A program made the translations under genes and the position numbers. From the NCBI GenBank assembly GCA_964016885.1, contig OZ024743.1, forward strand, positions 302,808,001 to 302,872,000: a stretch of DNA of 64,000 nucleotides, in the 5' to 3' direction. Shown here one piece after another: positions 24,497 to 38,440 of this stretch. The first letter of the stretch is position 1, and each line of letters starts with the position of its first letter. This DNA is from Eledone cirrhosa. Taxonomy: Eukaryota. Under the pieces are notes generated by a model. That model saw only the letters and a program-made list of their open reading frames with translations, made no database searches and was not told the DNA's origin.

Positions 24497-25208
24497 AAAC
24501 GAGCAACGATGGTTGCTGGACACTACGGCTTAATTCGGGATGTTTGTTTACAAACACACCGTGCATTATAATAATTGTTCGGTGAATCCATACGTACATA
24601 TATATATGTGTGCGTGTATGTATATATATATATCCATACTATTGTACGTTGGTATACATATATGTATGCACGTGTACATACTTATATTTAAGTAACAGCC
24701 GTACTAAGATTGGGAAATGAAATTTCGTTTCATTTTTTCCGTTCATATATTATTATTTAAGTTTTTAACAGTTATATAACTTCACGTATTTTATATTATT
24801 AGTTATTTATATATTTTTATACACATTCTTATATGCACTCTCTGCATTATTAGGTGCAATCTAGCTAACATGGTTATTTGCAATCCGAACACTTCTAGAT
24901 GTTCGGATATATATACATATATACATATACATATATTCGGATATATATACATATATACACATATAAAACCATATATAAACACACAAACACACACACACAT
25001 ATATATATACACACACTCACATACACACATATAAATACACATACATATATACACATATACACACATACACATATCTATATACACATTCTTCTATAGAATA
25101 TGCATATTATATATATATATACACAATAAAACTATATATGGCTCTTCCTCTCTCTATAAAAACAAATCGTTGCAAATAAAAGTATACATATGTACAAATA
25201 CGCACACG

Positions 25209-25270
<62 letters not shown>

Positions 25271-25271
25271 G

Positions 25272-25313
<42 letters not shown>

Positions 25314-25394
25314 GCTGTAATTTTAATTTGTAAATTTAACGTAAATTGTAGTAGTCTCCGATGATCTGATTATCTAATATCGTATTTAAATTTG

Positions 25395-25603
25395 AATGGC
25401 ACTGATTCAAGTGTTCACCAATTTTTAGACAACTTAATCAGTGAAACAATTGTCAGACTGTAAATAAATCCCCTTTTTTGTACTGTTGACCATGTTATTC
25501 TTCACTTTTTCAATTTTATTACTCCAAGATAAACTTACATATGGATACAAGTGAAATCATGAATTCGCCACCTATGAAACATCTAGTTGAATCAAACGAC
25601 GCC

Positions 25604-25605
<2 letters not shown>
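25395..25605. repeat. Dispersed ~200-bp repeat (three copies)
   Basis: tttttagacaact...cagtgaaacaattg..agactgtaaataaa...ttgtactgttgaccatgttattct also occurs at ~41150-41350 and inverted at ~38437-38560. Confidence 0.8.
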
Positions 25606-25654
<49 letters not shown>

Positions 25655-25659
25655 CAAAT

Positions 25660-25738
<79 letters not shown>

Positions 25739-26049
25739 AACACACAAACACACACATACATATAAATATATATATATATAACTCAAATACACACGTATAA
25801 ATACATATACATATATACTCATATACACACATACACTTGTCTATATACACATTCTTCTATAGAATATGCATGTGATATATATATAGACATATTTATATAT
25901 ATATATAAATAGGTTGGTGTTCAAATCCCGGAATCTAGTTCGCAATATATCTAAAATAAATACGCTAACATGTCGCATATATCAACACCAGTGAATGATC
26001 CCATTGATACTTCGAATAGTGCTAGTAGTAGATTTCTTTGTCTAGGATT

Positions 26050-27330
26050 TGTCTAGGCTACTCCATTGTTTAAATCCTGGATGGTGGTGTAAGTGGTGGC
26101 AAAGTCCAACGCTTTGTTCAACATTGTCCCCGAGATTAACGGCAAAAATCCACTGTTTCGCTCTTTTGGTGCTGAAAGATTTTGAACTACTTAATGACAG
26201 AGGCACTAGATTCCTGTACTTCCACATGGGCTTATACTGCGACGATTGTCTGATCCTATAAAGCCATAAACGTGGTCAGGAACTGAACCATTTTGAAAAA
26301 GATTTCTTAGCAATATTTAATGAATTCGGACTTAGGATCATAGTAGCTACTAACCTTACTAGCGTAGATTACTTAGACATAAATTCAGATCTTGACACAC
26401 ATACCTTTAGACCCTTCCATAAACTAAATAAAAAATAAAATTACATACACAAGGACTCATCCCACCCACCTACAGTTTTCACAAGCTTTGTGAAAAGTAT
26501 CGGCATTAGAATCTCTAACCTCTTTTCTAATAAAACATTTCTGACAGAGCGGCACCCTATTACAACGCGGTGTTAACTAACAGCGGCTTCTCACAACCTA
26601 TTGCTTACTCCCATCCTAACGCCAAACACAATAGAAAAATAAATCGTGCTAATAGAAAAATAATTTGTTCACCCTTCTCTTCTCACTCAACATTACAACT
26701 GATGTAGGTAAAATATTTCTAGCTTTCTTAGATAGGTACTCCCATATAGTTCATAAATACCGCTCCATATTTAACAGACACAGGGTTAAACTAGGATACT
26801 TCTGTGCTAAGGATATGAAGGCCAACATCACCAACAAACCTAAGAGCTGAATCCCACTAGGATGCTCTTGCCGAATAGCTGAAAATAGTCCCCTTCCACA
26901 ACAGAACAACACACCCGCTGTAATTTATAATGCTATAATCACTTCTAACCGACCAAATAAACAGCAAGATATCAAATCCTATGTAAGTATGGCGGAGGGC
27001 CGGTTTAAAGAACGCTTCCTGAATCATTTGTCGAAATTCAGACACTCGGACAACCGATTGTGCACGCATATCGCAGGCCACATATGGTCCCTCAAGGATG
27101 TAGGCGAGGATTACTCCATTCAATGGAATGTTGTTACTAAGACTAAGTTATTACTAAGATTAAGCCATGCGGAAATGGGAATATGTCTTGTGTGCTGTGC
27201 ATTGAAGAGAGAATCAATATTCCTGTGAGTGGCATAATAGCGCTTGTCAACATTTAAGAAATAAATTATTCTTGCGTTGTCCACACGTTTGGAAACATCT
27301 ATTATGTAATGTCAAAAGTACAGACTGACT
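26050..27330 (+). pseudogene. Degraded Penelope-like RT + GIY-YIG fragment
   Basis: MGLYCDD (YRDD-type), VDYLDI...FRPFHK...YIHKDSSHPP, GCSCR, MAEGRFKERFLNHLSKFRH...IAGHIWSLK...YSIQWNVV; many stops and frameshifts. Confidence 0.82.
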
Positions 27331-27789
27331 ACCATGAATAATTCTATATATTGGGAGTTTCTACAGTTGTCTCCCTACACTGATATAATGTGAGATGCAC
27401 CACCTTTGGGAAGTGACTTCTTCTGCACATGTTTATTCGTTAACTCTAACCCTGACCCGAACCCGATCCCTAAGAGTGGAAGTTTAGTAAAATTGGAAGT
27501 TGTGGCGGTCTGCCAATATCCGCGAAAAAACAATTCGGAGTTTGCACGTTAAATAGCGTGACAAATTAAAAATTAAATTAATAATTTATAATGTGTAATC
27601 TTTGAATACATTTAATATATATAAGAGGCCAGTGTTAGTATTTCAATATACTGTGGAGGCCATAACATGTCCGAAGCATCTGAGGAAGCATATATATGTT
27701 AAGTGTATGCGACATTAATTAAATTATATATATAAACACACACACACACACACACACACACATCATATATAAGTATATATAGATAGATC

Positions 27790-28253
27790 AAGGGCTAGGT
27801 GTCCGAAATAAACAATATAATGACAGGACGTGTAACTGTAGAGCGAGCACAAAATGCCCTCTCCAGGGAAGATGCCTAAGGAAGGGCCTCGGCATATAAA
27901 TGTGTGGTTAACACGCACAACACAAAGTGCACATCGGTGCAACATCCACGACCTTTAAATCGATGATGTATAACCACAAAAACACTTTCAAGAATCGGAG
28001 CTAGAGGCACTCTACTAGGCTGGCGGACTTGGTGTGGGACTTGAAAGTCAAAGGCTTCAACTGGAGTATCGTTCGGCATGTGAATGCATATTCGGCTGGA
28101 AATAGAAAGTGTAGGCTATGCCTATCCGAAGCCATGGAGATTGTCAGACTGAAGGATGATGCTGTCAACCTGAAATCGGAAATCATCATGACGTGCAGAC
28201 ACCGGAGAAGGTGCACACTCTCCGCATGGAATCCACCGGGCAGCCCAAGGTAA
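27790..28253 (+). pseudogene. Penelope-like GIY-YIG endonuclease fragment
   Basis: TCNCRASTKCPLQGRCL, HIGATSTTFK, VWDLK...WSIVRHVNAYSAGNRKCRLCLSE...NLKSEIIMTCRHR. Confidence 0.85.
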
Positions 28254-28684
28254 AGGCATGCGAGGAAGCGCACGCCAGCCAGAGCGCTGAAACGCTACAA
28301 GAGATCAGACACCATACCTTCTTGACTATATATGCCCGTGGGGTAAGCCGACACAAGCAGGATGCTTACCCGACTCTGCACGTCACCCTAGGCAACAACA
28401 TCGCCTGATCCGGGAAAGGTTGACCCAAATTCCACTGATATTCAGTCCCGTGCCTTACAGCCATAAGGCACTATACCTCACCCACAGTGACATGCTCCAG
28501 TACGATCTGTCCACGCACACCCTGCATATGTATATTTTCAGTATAGAGTGCATCCTCTCCACGCATTCCATTTTGTAACACCTAATGTATTTTCCGTGTA
28601 CAAACCTACGTGTCTATCTCATACTTCTCTTTTGTAACTCAGATGTATGTACTCTCTCATATACATACACGCTTCTTCTTTTTA

Positions 28685-29435
28685 TATATATTCTGCACGC
28701 GTTTTCTATATACGGTCTGCGCACACTAATTGCTGTAATACCATAAACGCACATTATGTGGCTTTGCGTGAGGATTCCATACGTGGATTGATCCACGTTC
28801 GCAACGTAACAACATCCAAGTAGGCACATATAACAAGCTGCATCCTTTCATGTACAGCCCACTTCATGCGCCCTTATATGTATATATTTTGTTTAATATA
28901 TGTATATATTTTTTTATATATTTTTTTTCATAGCTATTCTGCACGCAGTTTCTATATACGGTCTGCGCATACCACTTATTGTGAAACCATGAACGCACAT
29001 TATGTGGCTTTGCGTGATGATTCCATACGTGGATTGATCCACGTTCGCAACGTAAGTACATCTGTGTTGGCACATATAACAAGGTGCATTCTTTCATGTA
29101 TAGTCCAGTGTATATATTTATATGACTTTATATGTATATTTTTTCATTTATATTATTTATATATATTTCTTATATATATTTTATATATATATTTTATATA
29201 TATATTTTTATATATATTTTTCATGTATATTTTTTATGTGTATTTGTTTAATATATATTCTGCATGCATTCTCTATGTACGGTCTGCGTATATCAATTAC
29301 TGTAAAACCATGAACTCACATTCTGTGGGTTTGCGTGAGGATTCCATATGTGGATTGACCCATGTCCGCAGCGAAGCTACATCTCTGTAAGCACAGATAA
29401 CAAGATACATCCTTTCATGTATGGCCCATTGTGCA
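28685..29435. repeat. Three diverged tandem ~180-bp units separated by AT-rich spacers
   Basis: attctgcacgc...tacggtctgcg...ttgcgtga.gattccatacgtggattgatccacgttcgcaacg...catcctttcatgta at ~28690, ~28936 and ~29257. Confidence 0.88.
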
Positions 29436-29481
29436 TATTTCTATGTCATTGTGTGCATCTTTATCTTCTTTATATATATAT

Positions 29482-29574
<93 letters not shown>

Positions 29575-29823
29575 TGTGCGTCGGTATTTATATGAATATA
29601 CACATATTTGTAAGAGTGTAGATGCGCCAGTGTGTTTGTGTAGATGCGCCCGTGTAGGGAAAGGGCTTTTTTGTGTATATATGTGTTTGTGTGTACATGT
29701 ATATATACGCGTGTGCATATAGATATGTACGTCGGCGTGCGTGCGTATGTGTATAGATATGTATGTGTGTATATATGTGTGTGTGCATATGTATGTGTGT
29801 ATAGATGCGTGTGTGCATAAGTA

Positions 29824-29899
<76 letters not shown>

Positions 29900-30112
29900 T
29901 ATGTGCATGTTTGAGTGTGTGTATATATATGTATAAATAGGCGCGTGGCATATATATATGCGAGTGAGGGAGCGAGTCGGTAGGGATGTGTACGTGTATA
30001 TATGTATGTGTGTGTGTATATATATATATGTATGTGTGTATATATATATATATACATATGCATGTGTATGTATATACATATATATATATATATACGTATA
30101 GGGAAAAATAAG

Positions 30113-30209
30113 ACCCCCGACGCCAGAGCTGAAGCCGTTTCGACGGATATTTTTGGACTAAATTAGAATTTTAGCCTGGTGAATAAATAGCCGAACTTGT
30201 CAAGGGGGT
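30113..30209 (-). ncRNA. Degenerate type I hammerhead in PLE pseudo-LTR
   Basis: accccc-TTGACAA-[~55 nt]-GAAACg...cGTC-gggggt; the core differs from CTGACGA at two positions. Confidence 0.5.
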
Positions 30210-33200
30210 ACTTCCTTATATGGGAAGATTGTAGTTGTCAATAGAATTGGTTAAAATTTGTTGTAAACACAAATAAGTCTATTATGGCATTTGGTGGGAG
30301 GTAGGGGTGGCTGAACTTGCCTGTGGAACAATAAGGCAGCGAGGGGAGCGGTCAAACGTTGAAAGTGATATGTATACAGCAGATTCTAAGGATAGTGTAT
30401 GAAAAGAAGGGAGGTTATAGAACAGGTAATTCGAATGAGAGTAGCAAACAATAAAAGATAATAGAAAAAAATAAAAGATATAAAAAAATATAAAATTAAA
30501 TAGTGAGAAATGAATAAAAAATATCAAAATGCTATCTTACAATTGCAGGTTAATAAGTTGAGAATAGTAAAAACTTGTAGAAATTGAGTAGTAGCAAAAC
30601 TGATACAAAATTAAAGGGGTCTACCACATCTGCTATAAGTAGTTAGAAAAACGTATTCGGACAATTCTATCTTAAAATTACAAAGGAGGGGACACTGATG
30701 CTACAGAGGCCCGATGCGCGGCATCGGGGTAGGCGAAATGGGAAAAGCAGACGAGGAAAAAATTAGGGGCTGGAAGGAAGTGATAGGATGAAACATGGGG
30801 AAGAAGATAAAGTGGAAAAGAAAAGAGATACATCTACCTATGTAAGCTGGGGTTTCTCCTAACTTATTCTGCAAGTGGAGGGATATCAGCCCTTGTCAAC
30901 CCGCCCGGGTCGTTATGGGGTTTGAGAGCGAAATAAGTCCTACGCAATCTGTGTTTGCATGCGGTTACCAGTTTGTCATCCTTGTTTAGTAGTTGGCCCT
31001 TAGAAAACAGCATTTGTAATGTTTCCTCCGATCATAAGTTACACGGCGTCTTCTCGTGTAAGAGTTAGCTCTGGACAGTAACCTCCAAGTGAGATCGTAG
31101 GTTATATTATTATCTTGGAGGTCCCAGATGTGGCCCCAAAGTGTAGTAGCATGTCGCCGGACCGGATTTCGGAAAGTATGTCGGTGTAGTTAGAGCCGGG
31201 TCTGGAAGTCACATGCTGTTAATCCTATATAAGCTTTGTTGGAGGTGTCCGCCCTCACGTTGCACTGGTAGATGACGTTACGTTCTCGGCATTTGTTTTT
31301 GAGGTGGCACGTAGATCTATCAGGGCCGTTACACCTCCTGGTCGGCTCTCCACTGATGTCTAGGTTGTTTCTTCCATAGGGGTTGAGTTTTTTGTTGTTT
31401 GAGGAGACGATGTTTTGTACGAAGTTAGGTGTCGTGCTGTAGGAGGGTGTGTTGGTCTTTTTGTTGATTATGTTGTGGTAGTTGTGTTGTAGTGGGAAGT
31501 GTTTTTCGAGGAACCTAAACAAGATTTTCCCGATAGGTGTTGCCACCTCGGCATTATGGGGAGGACTGAACCACGTTACATTGCGTGAGTGGCGATGTCG
31601 CCTGCTCGTTCCGCTAAGGGAAGCTGGATAAAAGGATATTTCCTCCCGGAAACCACTCCGCTTGAGGGCTTGGATGTAACGTGGTGCGTGTTCGTCGAAT
31701 ATCTGCTCATTAGCGGAGAAACGAGATATGCGGAGGGAGGTGCTTTTAACCAGGTTATTGATGATGTTTCTAGGCTAGTTAGAGCGGCGGTGGATGTAGT
31801 GCAGTTTGTCGTTTGTTTTCCTGTATGGGTAGTACAGATCATTTTCGAGGTTAATGGAAACGTCCAGGAAATTGACTCGGTTTAGGGACGTTTGTAGGGT
31901 TATTTCAAATCCCCAGTCCCGGAAGAAGTTGACTAGTTGTTCACTGACCCGGTCTGTACTTCTGGGGTTGTACCCTTTGAGGGTGAGGGGTCCATCATCC
32001 CGGTACAATCTACTGCCGAATGCAGGAAACATTTCGGTGAGTTTGAATAGTAGGAATAATCCTATAAGATTTGTGACCTCGGACAAATTTCGTCGCGCCC
32101 ATACTGACGTCGAAGGGGGAGTCGGGAGCACTCTTTATCCACTTCGAGTTGTCGAAAAGCAGGACTCTCTTCCTGGCGTGGAGAATCATATTTCTTTCCT
32201 GGTCAGTGATGGGTGTGAGTGTTTCGGCAAAGTCCAAGGCTGCCGTAAGGAGCGGTAAGGTAATATATCCCTAGTAACTCTCTATGTCAAACTGGATGAA
32301 TTTTGTGTCTCGCTTGTCCTCCATATTCCTGAACCATGATATTACTTCCTGGGTGCTGACCCATAGGCTAAGTCTCACGTTTTGCTTAACTTTTGGTATA
32401 ACGAGGTCTAGGATCTTTTTACTGGTTGTCCCTATATCCGACTTCGTTGGGTTTATAAGCCTAATGGATGGTTTGCGGTCGAAGTAGGATTTGTGGTCCT
32501 TCGGGGTGAAGTAGGGAGTCCGTGGGTCTAGAGGTTTAGTGCGGTCGCGACACCGAGACTGGAGGTAATTTGTTGTCCATCTCGATTTATGTCCTCGCTA
32601 ATTGAATGGTTAGCCTTTTTAAAGGTGGAGTTTAGGCTGCTCCTGATCAGTGTGTGGTATATGTCAGGGTTGTTGAAGTAGAGGTTGCCAGTTTTCTCAG
32701 AGTGCACCATGATGTCGTTGGTGTTTTCATTCTGTTTTATTTTGCTACGGAGTTGTTGTAAAAATCTGTTGTGTCTTGGTTTGAATTTAATGTTCTTGAC
32801 CAGGTTGAAAAGGTAGTTCTCGAAGAGTGTGAACATAGGGTTCGGAGGGGGAGATGTTTAGGTATTGAATCCGAATCTCTCCTTGGTGTCGAAGTACTGA
32901 TTGTCGCGGTATCTATCGTAGAAAAAAGTCCTCCATCTTAGTTTTTTCGCAAAAAGGTCGATTTTTGGCGTAGCAGATGTGGTAGACCCCTTTAATTTTG
33001 TATCAGTTTTGTTACTACTCAATTTCTACAATTTTTTTTCTATTCTCAACTGATTAACCCGTAATTGTAAGATAGGATTTTGATATTTTTATTAATTTCT
33101 CACCATCTAATTTTATATATATATATTTTTTTTCTATTATCTGTTGGTGTCTCCTACACTCATTCGAATTACCTATTCTATAACCTCCTTCCTTTTCATA

Positions 33201-33384
33201 CACTATCCTTAGAATCTGCTGTATTCATATCACTTTCAACGCTTCACCGCTCCACTCCCCTATTGTTCCACAGGCAAGTTCAGCCACCCCTACCTCCCAC
33301 CAAATGCCATGATAGACTTATTTGTGTTTACGACAAATTTTAACCAATCCTATTGACAACTACAATCTTCCCATATAAGGAAGT

Positions 33385-33481
33385 ACCCCCTTGACAAGTT
33401 CGGCTATTTATTCACCAGGCTAAAATTCTAATTTAGTCCAAAAATATCCGTCGAAACGGCTTCAGCTCTGGCGTCGGGGGT
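33385..33481 (+). ncRNA. Degenerate type I hammerhead in the inverted pseudo-LTR
   Basis: Same motif: accccc 33385-33390, TTGACAA 33391-33397, GAAAC 33453-33457, GTC 33473-33475, gggggt. Confidence 0.5.
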
Positions 33482-33498
33482 CTTACTTTTTCCTATAC

Positions 33499-33547
<49 letters not shown>

Positions 33548-33645
33548 CATACACATGCATATTTATACATATATATATATATATATATACACACATACAT
33601 ACATATATACACGTACACGCCCCTACCGACTCGCTCCCTCACTCG

Positions 33646-33756
<111 letters not shown>

Positions 33757-34315
33757 ATGTGTGTCAGCGTGTATGTACGTATGTGTGTGTGTGTATATAT
33801 ATATGAGTATATATATATGTGTGTGTACTTATCTGTGTATGCACATGTATGTGTGCGTGTATGTTGACGTATATAGGCATGTGGGTATGTGTATGTGTGT
33901 GTATAGCGGGCGACTATGCGTATGACTGTAATTATCTCTGTGCTTGTGTGTGGGTGTGTGTGTGTGCGCGTGGATGTGTGAACAAACAAACACAGCATCC
34001 ATTTATTGAAGTGTAACAACGTGTGACAACTAACGCCCTGATGGTAAGAGGACTGGTACCTGTGGTCAGAATTATGGTGACGTCGATAACCAGCGGCCAA
34101 TCACAAGAAATGGTGAAGTTTTTGACGGCGCTGGCCCAGAGTGTCAGATAATCCAGTGAGAGAATATGCTACGAAATCGTTAGACGTGTCCGTAGATCCT
34201 GCTGGTCCAGAATCATACAGATCCACACAATGTTCGCGTCTCGAGCTGTCCACCCGTGAAACAATTGTAACACACTATAAATTGAGTTCAGATGCATCAC
34301 TGCTTTTTCGTTTTC

Positions 34316-35094
<779 letters not shown>

Positions 35095-37380
35095 ACATTT
35101 TCGCTCTACCTGGCTGAATAGAATAAATATAAACTGAGTTTTTCGAATATTAATAATAACATTCGATTCGTTTTCAATTATGCAAACAAGCCTCATTTTT
35201 ATAGCCATGTCAGTAGAATAGTGTTGACTGCAGTACACGTGCTAAATATTCTAACGTCTCTTTCAATTCGTCAACGTTTTTCTAGACATGTTTATCGTAG
35301 ACTGGTGATCCCCTAGAATAACAGAGATCTAACTAGGTTTTAAATAAATTGAATATTAATTTACTTTAATACTATTCAATAAATATATCTGGAGCAGCAT
35401 AACTGTATGTAGGAAGAACATCAAGAGATAAGGTACATCAAGACATAGGCTGAAAAATACTGAGAGATTATTAATTCGAACAGACTTTCCGCATCTCAAA
35501 GTACTGATTAATAAACAATGCCTTGCCTTAAAATAGTATTTAAAAGTACATTTTCCTAATCATTTAGTAATTCTTTGAGAAAAATATTCTAATTCATCTT
35601 CTTTTCTTCTTCACCATTAAATAATAAAACTCCTCGTTATCTCCTTCATTGTCGTCGTCAATATTATCATCATCATCATCATCATCATCTTCATAAACAT
35701 CGTCGTAAGTATTATCGTTACTGTCCTCGGCAATAGTGTACGTAAAGATAATATTCATGGTTATAATATACATCAATTGCACAAATGTGTCGTTCCGTCT
35801 CGTTTGCGCATAGCACCTGATTGACTCATGGGAGGATACAAACATGCAAAGTTAATTTAGGAGATTTAGGAAAACTGGTGGAACACAATATTTTTCACGA
35901 GCAGCTTCCTCCATAGAAAACGAAAGAGATCGCGAAGGAGAACAATTGAAAAAAGTATATAGATGAAGAAACTTTTTTAGTACTGGAAGTGTAGAATATT
36001 TATGGTCGTAAAAATGATGATGAAAGAAATTGCCCTAGATTCGAATGTAGGGAGTAAGGTGTTGGAAAGGTTACAGAGAAGCATTTTATCCGATATTCTA
36101 ATGATCCTGCCAACTTGGAGATTCAAAAACAATATATACATAAAAAACATGAATATCCATAAAACGAGCTAATATGAGCGTTGATCTTATCTGGAATACT
36201 GACTTACATTGCGGGCTAACTAATATTAGATACCACATCAATCAAATCACACTCAGAGAACAAAATGATTCATTGAATAATGATAATTACACTCGAATTC
36301 TTCAAAATAACACCAATAACCGAACGCCTTTTGATATTCTGCAAATTAGCTTTCCATTATCTTTCGAAATGCGATGTGTTAGAAAGCTCTTTGCTGACAT
36401 ATTTTGGTTTTAATTCTCTAATTATGGTTGTATGAGCATTTATTCTGCAGGCATCATTAAGAAGGAAAACCTACCCTTCCTGTATTTAGGGATGGCGGTA
36501 ATGCCTTCGTTTCATTCAGACGTCTATCAGAAAGTAGATTTATTGTTTTGGGAGAGAATTGATGAGTTTGGCGATTCCACTGCACTACGCTAATCGTTTG
36601 AATGCTTTAGCAGACCTTATTCGATTAAACACATACCCGTACTTCCCTGATCAAGTATATTCTAAATATGAAAACATAATTCGTGATCCTTAAAAATGGA
36701 CGTTTGTTTTAATTAGGTGTGCGAGATGATACATGAGAGGCAGCCCCTAATTTAGTCAGGTAAATGAAACCATCATAATACCCCCGGCAAGTTCTGCATA
36801 GCTGTCGGTGACATCGTTGTCGTAATCCTCAAGAACGTCGTCAACATAATAAACAGAAGTAATATTGCTGTTTTCAATCACTTATTATTCATTGATATTT
36901 ATGTAAGATTCATATGTAAATATTAAGTTTAAGTATAGTAAGTGTATCAGGATGTGTGCTCTAAATCATGTACTTATACAGTATTTATATGATAAATAAT
37001 GGCTTATTACACTAGTGTAATGTCACAGAATATTCGAAGTGGACATTGTCGACTATATTTGATTAATGGAAGTTACATTACCAATTCTATAGTAATGAAA
37101 TTCAAAGTCTCACTGAAAAGTACTTGCAACATACAATATAGATAAAAATATTTACTTCGAAGAATGAATACTGGAATTACGTTCTTATATTCATGCCACT
37201 ACACCATAATTTACTTTATACTAATAATACAATTGTTTCTACTTTTGGCACAAGGCCAGCAATTATCCCAGTGCATTACTGGTACTTTATTTTATCGACC
37301 TCGTAAGGATGAAAGGCAAATAATAATAATACAATAAACACATTTCTGATCTGAAACTGTGTCTCTTGAAACTTTCTTGT

Positions 37381-37575
<195 letters not shown>

Positions 37576-38363
37576 ATCGCGTACTTCTCGATTTAAGTTA
37601 TATTTCAAGATAATATAACCTTCTTTTTTTTATTCTATTAAGACAATTTCGCTTTGGAAGGAAGCAAAAGTAATGAAATAACTCTTTATAGAGATACCCA
37701 TATTCACTTCGGGTTCTAATACTCAGCCGTTTATCATAGCAGAAAAACAGTTAAATACATTAATATGTAATATGTAACACACTCGATTTACTTGCCGTCA
37801 TTTGTCGGCCAATAATTTACATACCACTACTATTGTGAAGCTGATTCTGAAAGTGAACCAAACATTTACAAAGATGTACTTGAAATAAGAGGAAATGCAC
37901 CAGAACGTGGTGTGGACTTAATTCGAAACTTTTATATTACTGGTTCTTGTTGAAATATCGTCCAAATTCTGCTCGAAAAACCGATGGTGAAAGGCCATAT
38001 TTTTGGATATCTAGTCCTACATTGTTTACGTTGTCTCTCGAGATTTTGACAACGTTATATCGAATTGAATAAGGCTCGGCTGCTACTTCTACATTCTCAA
38101 GCTCAAAATTGAATCGCACCATTTGGCATAGGGATTAGCATTTGTGATTGTGCATTATTTGATTTCCTTTTGAATAACATTTGCAAATGTTTTCTTTGTG
38201 TATAATTATTTTAATCTTTAGCGTGATTATATTTTAGTGTCACCGTACGTAGCGGAGATCTGCACATACATATTTTTGTTTAGAAAACAATTCTCGGATA
38301 CAAGCTGGAAATGAAATATTAAATATGGATAAGTTGGCATATATGCATATATATATGTATATG

Positions 38364-38440
<77 letters not shown>

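Larger units (their letters stand above)
21590..24743 (+). repeat. Tandem array of seven ~423-bp hammerhead-containing units (retrozyme-like satellite)
   Basis: Hammerhead starts at 21800, 22222, 22646, 23071, 23491, 23987 and 24410 (spacing 422, 424, 425, 420, 496 with a TA expansion, 423). Flanked by CATATATTATTAT at 21577-21589 and 24744-24756. Confidence 0.95.
21380..24860. mobile_element. Foldback/MITE-like element split by the hammerhead array
   Basis: 21380-21495 is the diverged reverse complement of 24746-24860. An inner hairpin at 21494-21589 (cagatagtgg/ccactatctg) shows that the right arm starts before the array and resumes after it. Confidence 0.75.

Noticed and set aside
21774-24599. 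Repeated minus-strand ORFs ([21 protein letters not shown]...) in the array
   Set aside because: They are antisense to the ribozyme, have variable starts in TA tracts, are broken in some units and show no protein motif. They are a by-product of the repeat.
21590-24743. Array as a CRISPR or snRNA/tRNA gene cluster
   Set aside because: There are no unique spacers or cas genes, and I recognise no snRNA or tRNA sequence.
27440-27475. Telomere-like taaccc variants
   Set aside because: Only a few degenerate units; not enough to call an interstitial telomere or a Helentron end.
27670-27725. CTGAGGA-agcata...tatgc-GACA as a hammerhead after the PLE fragment
   Set aside because: GAAA is mutated and no stem I pairing is visible; at best a decayed remnant.
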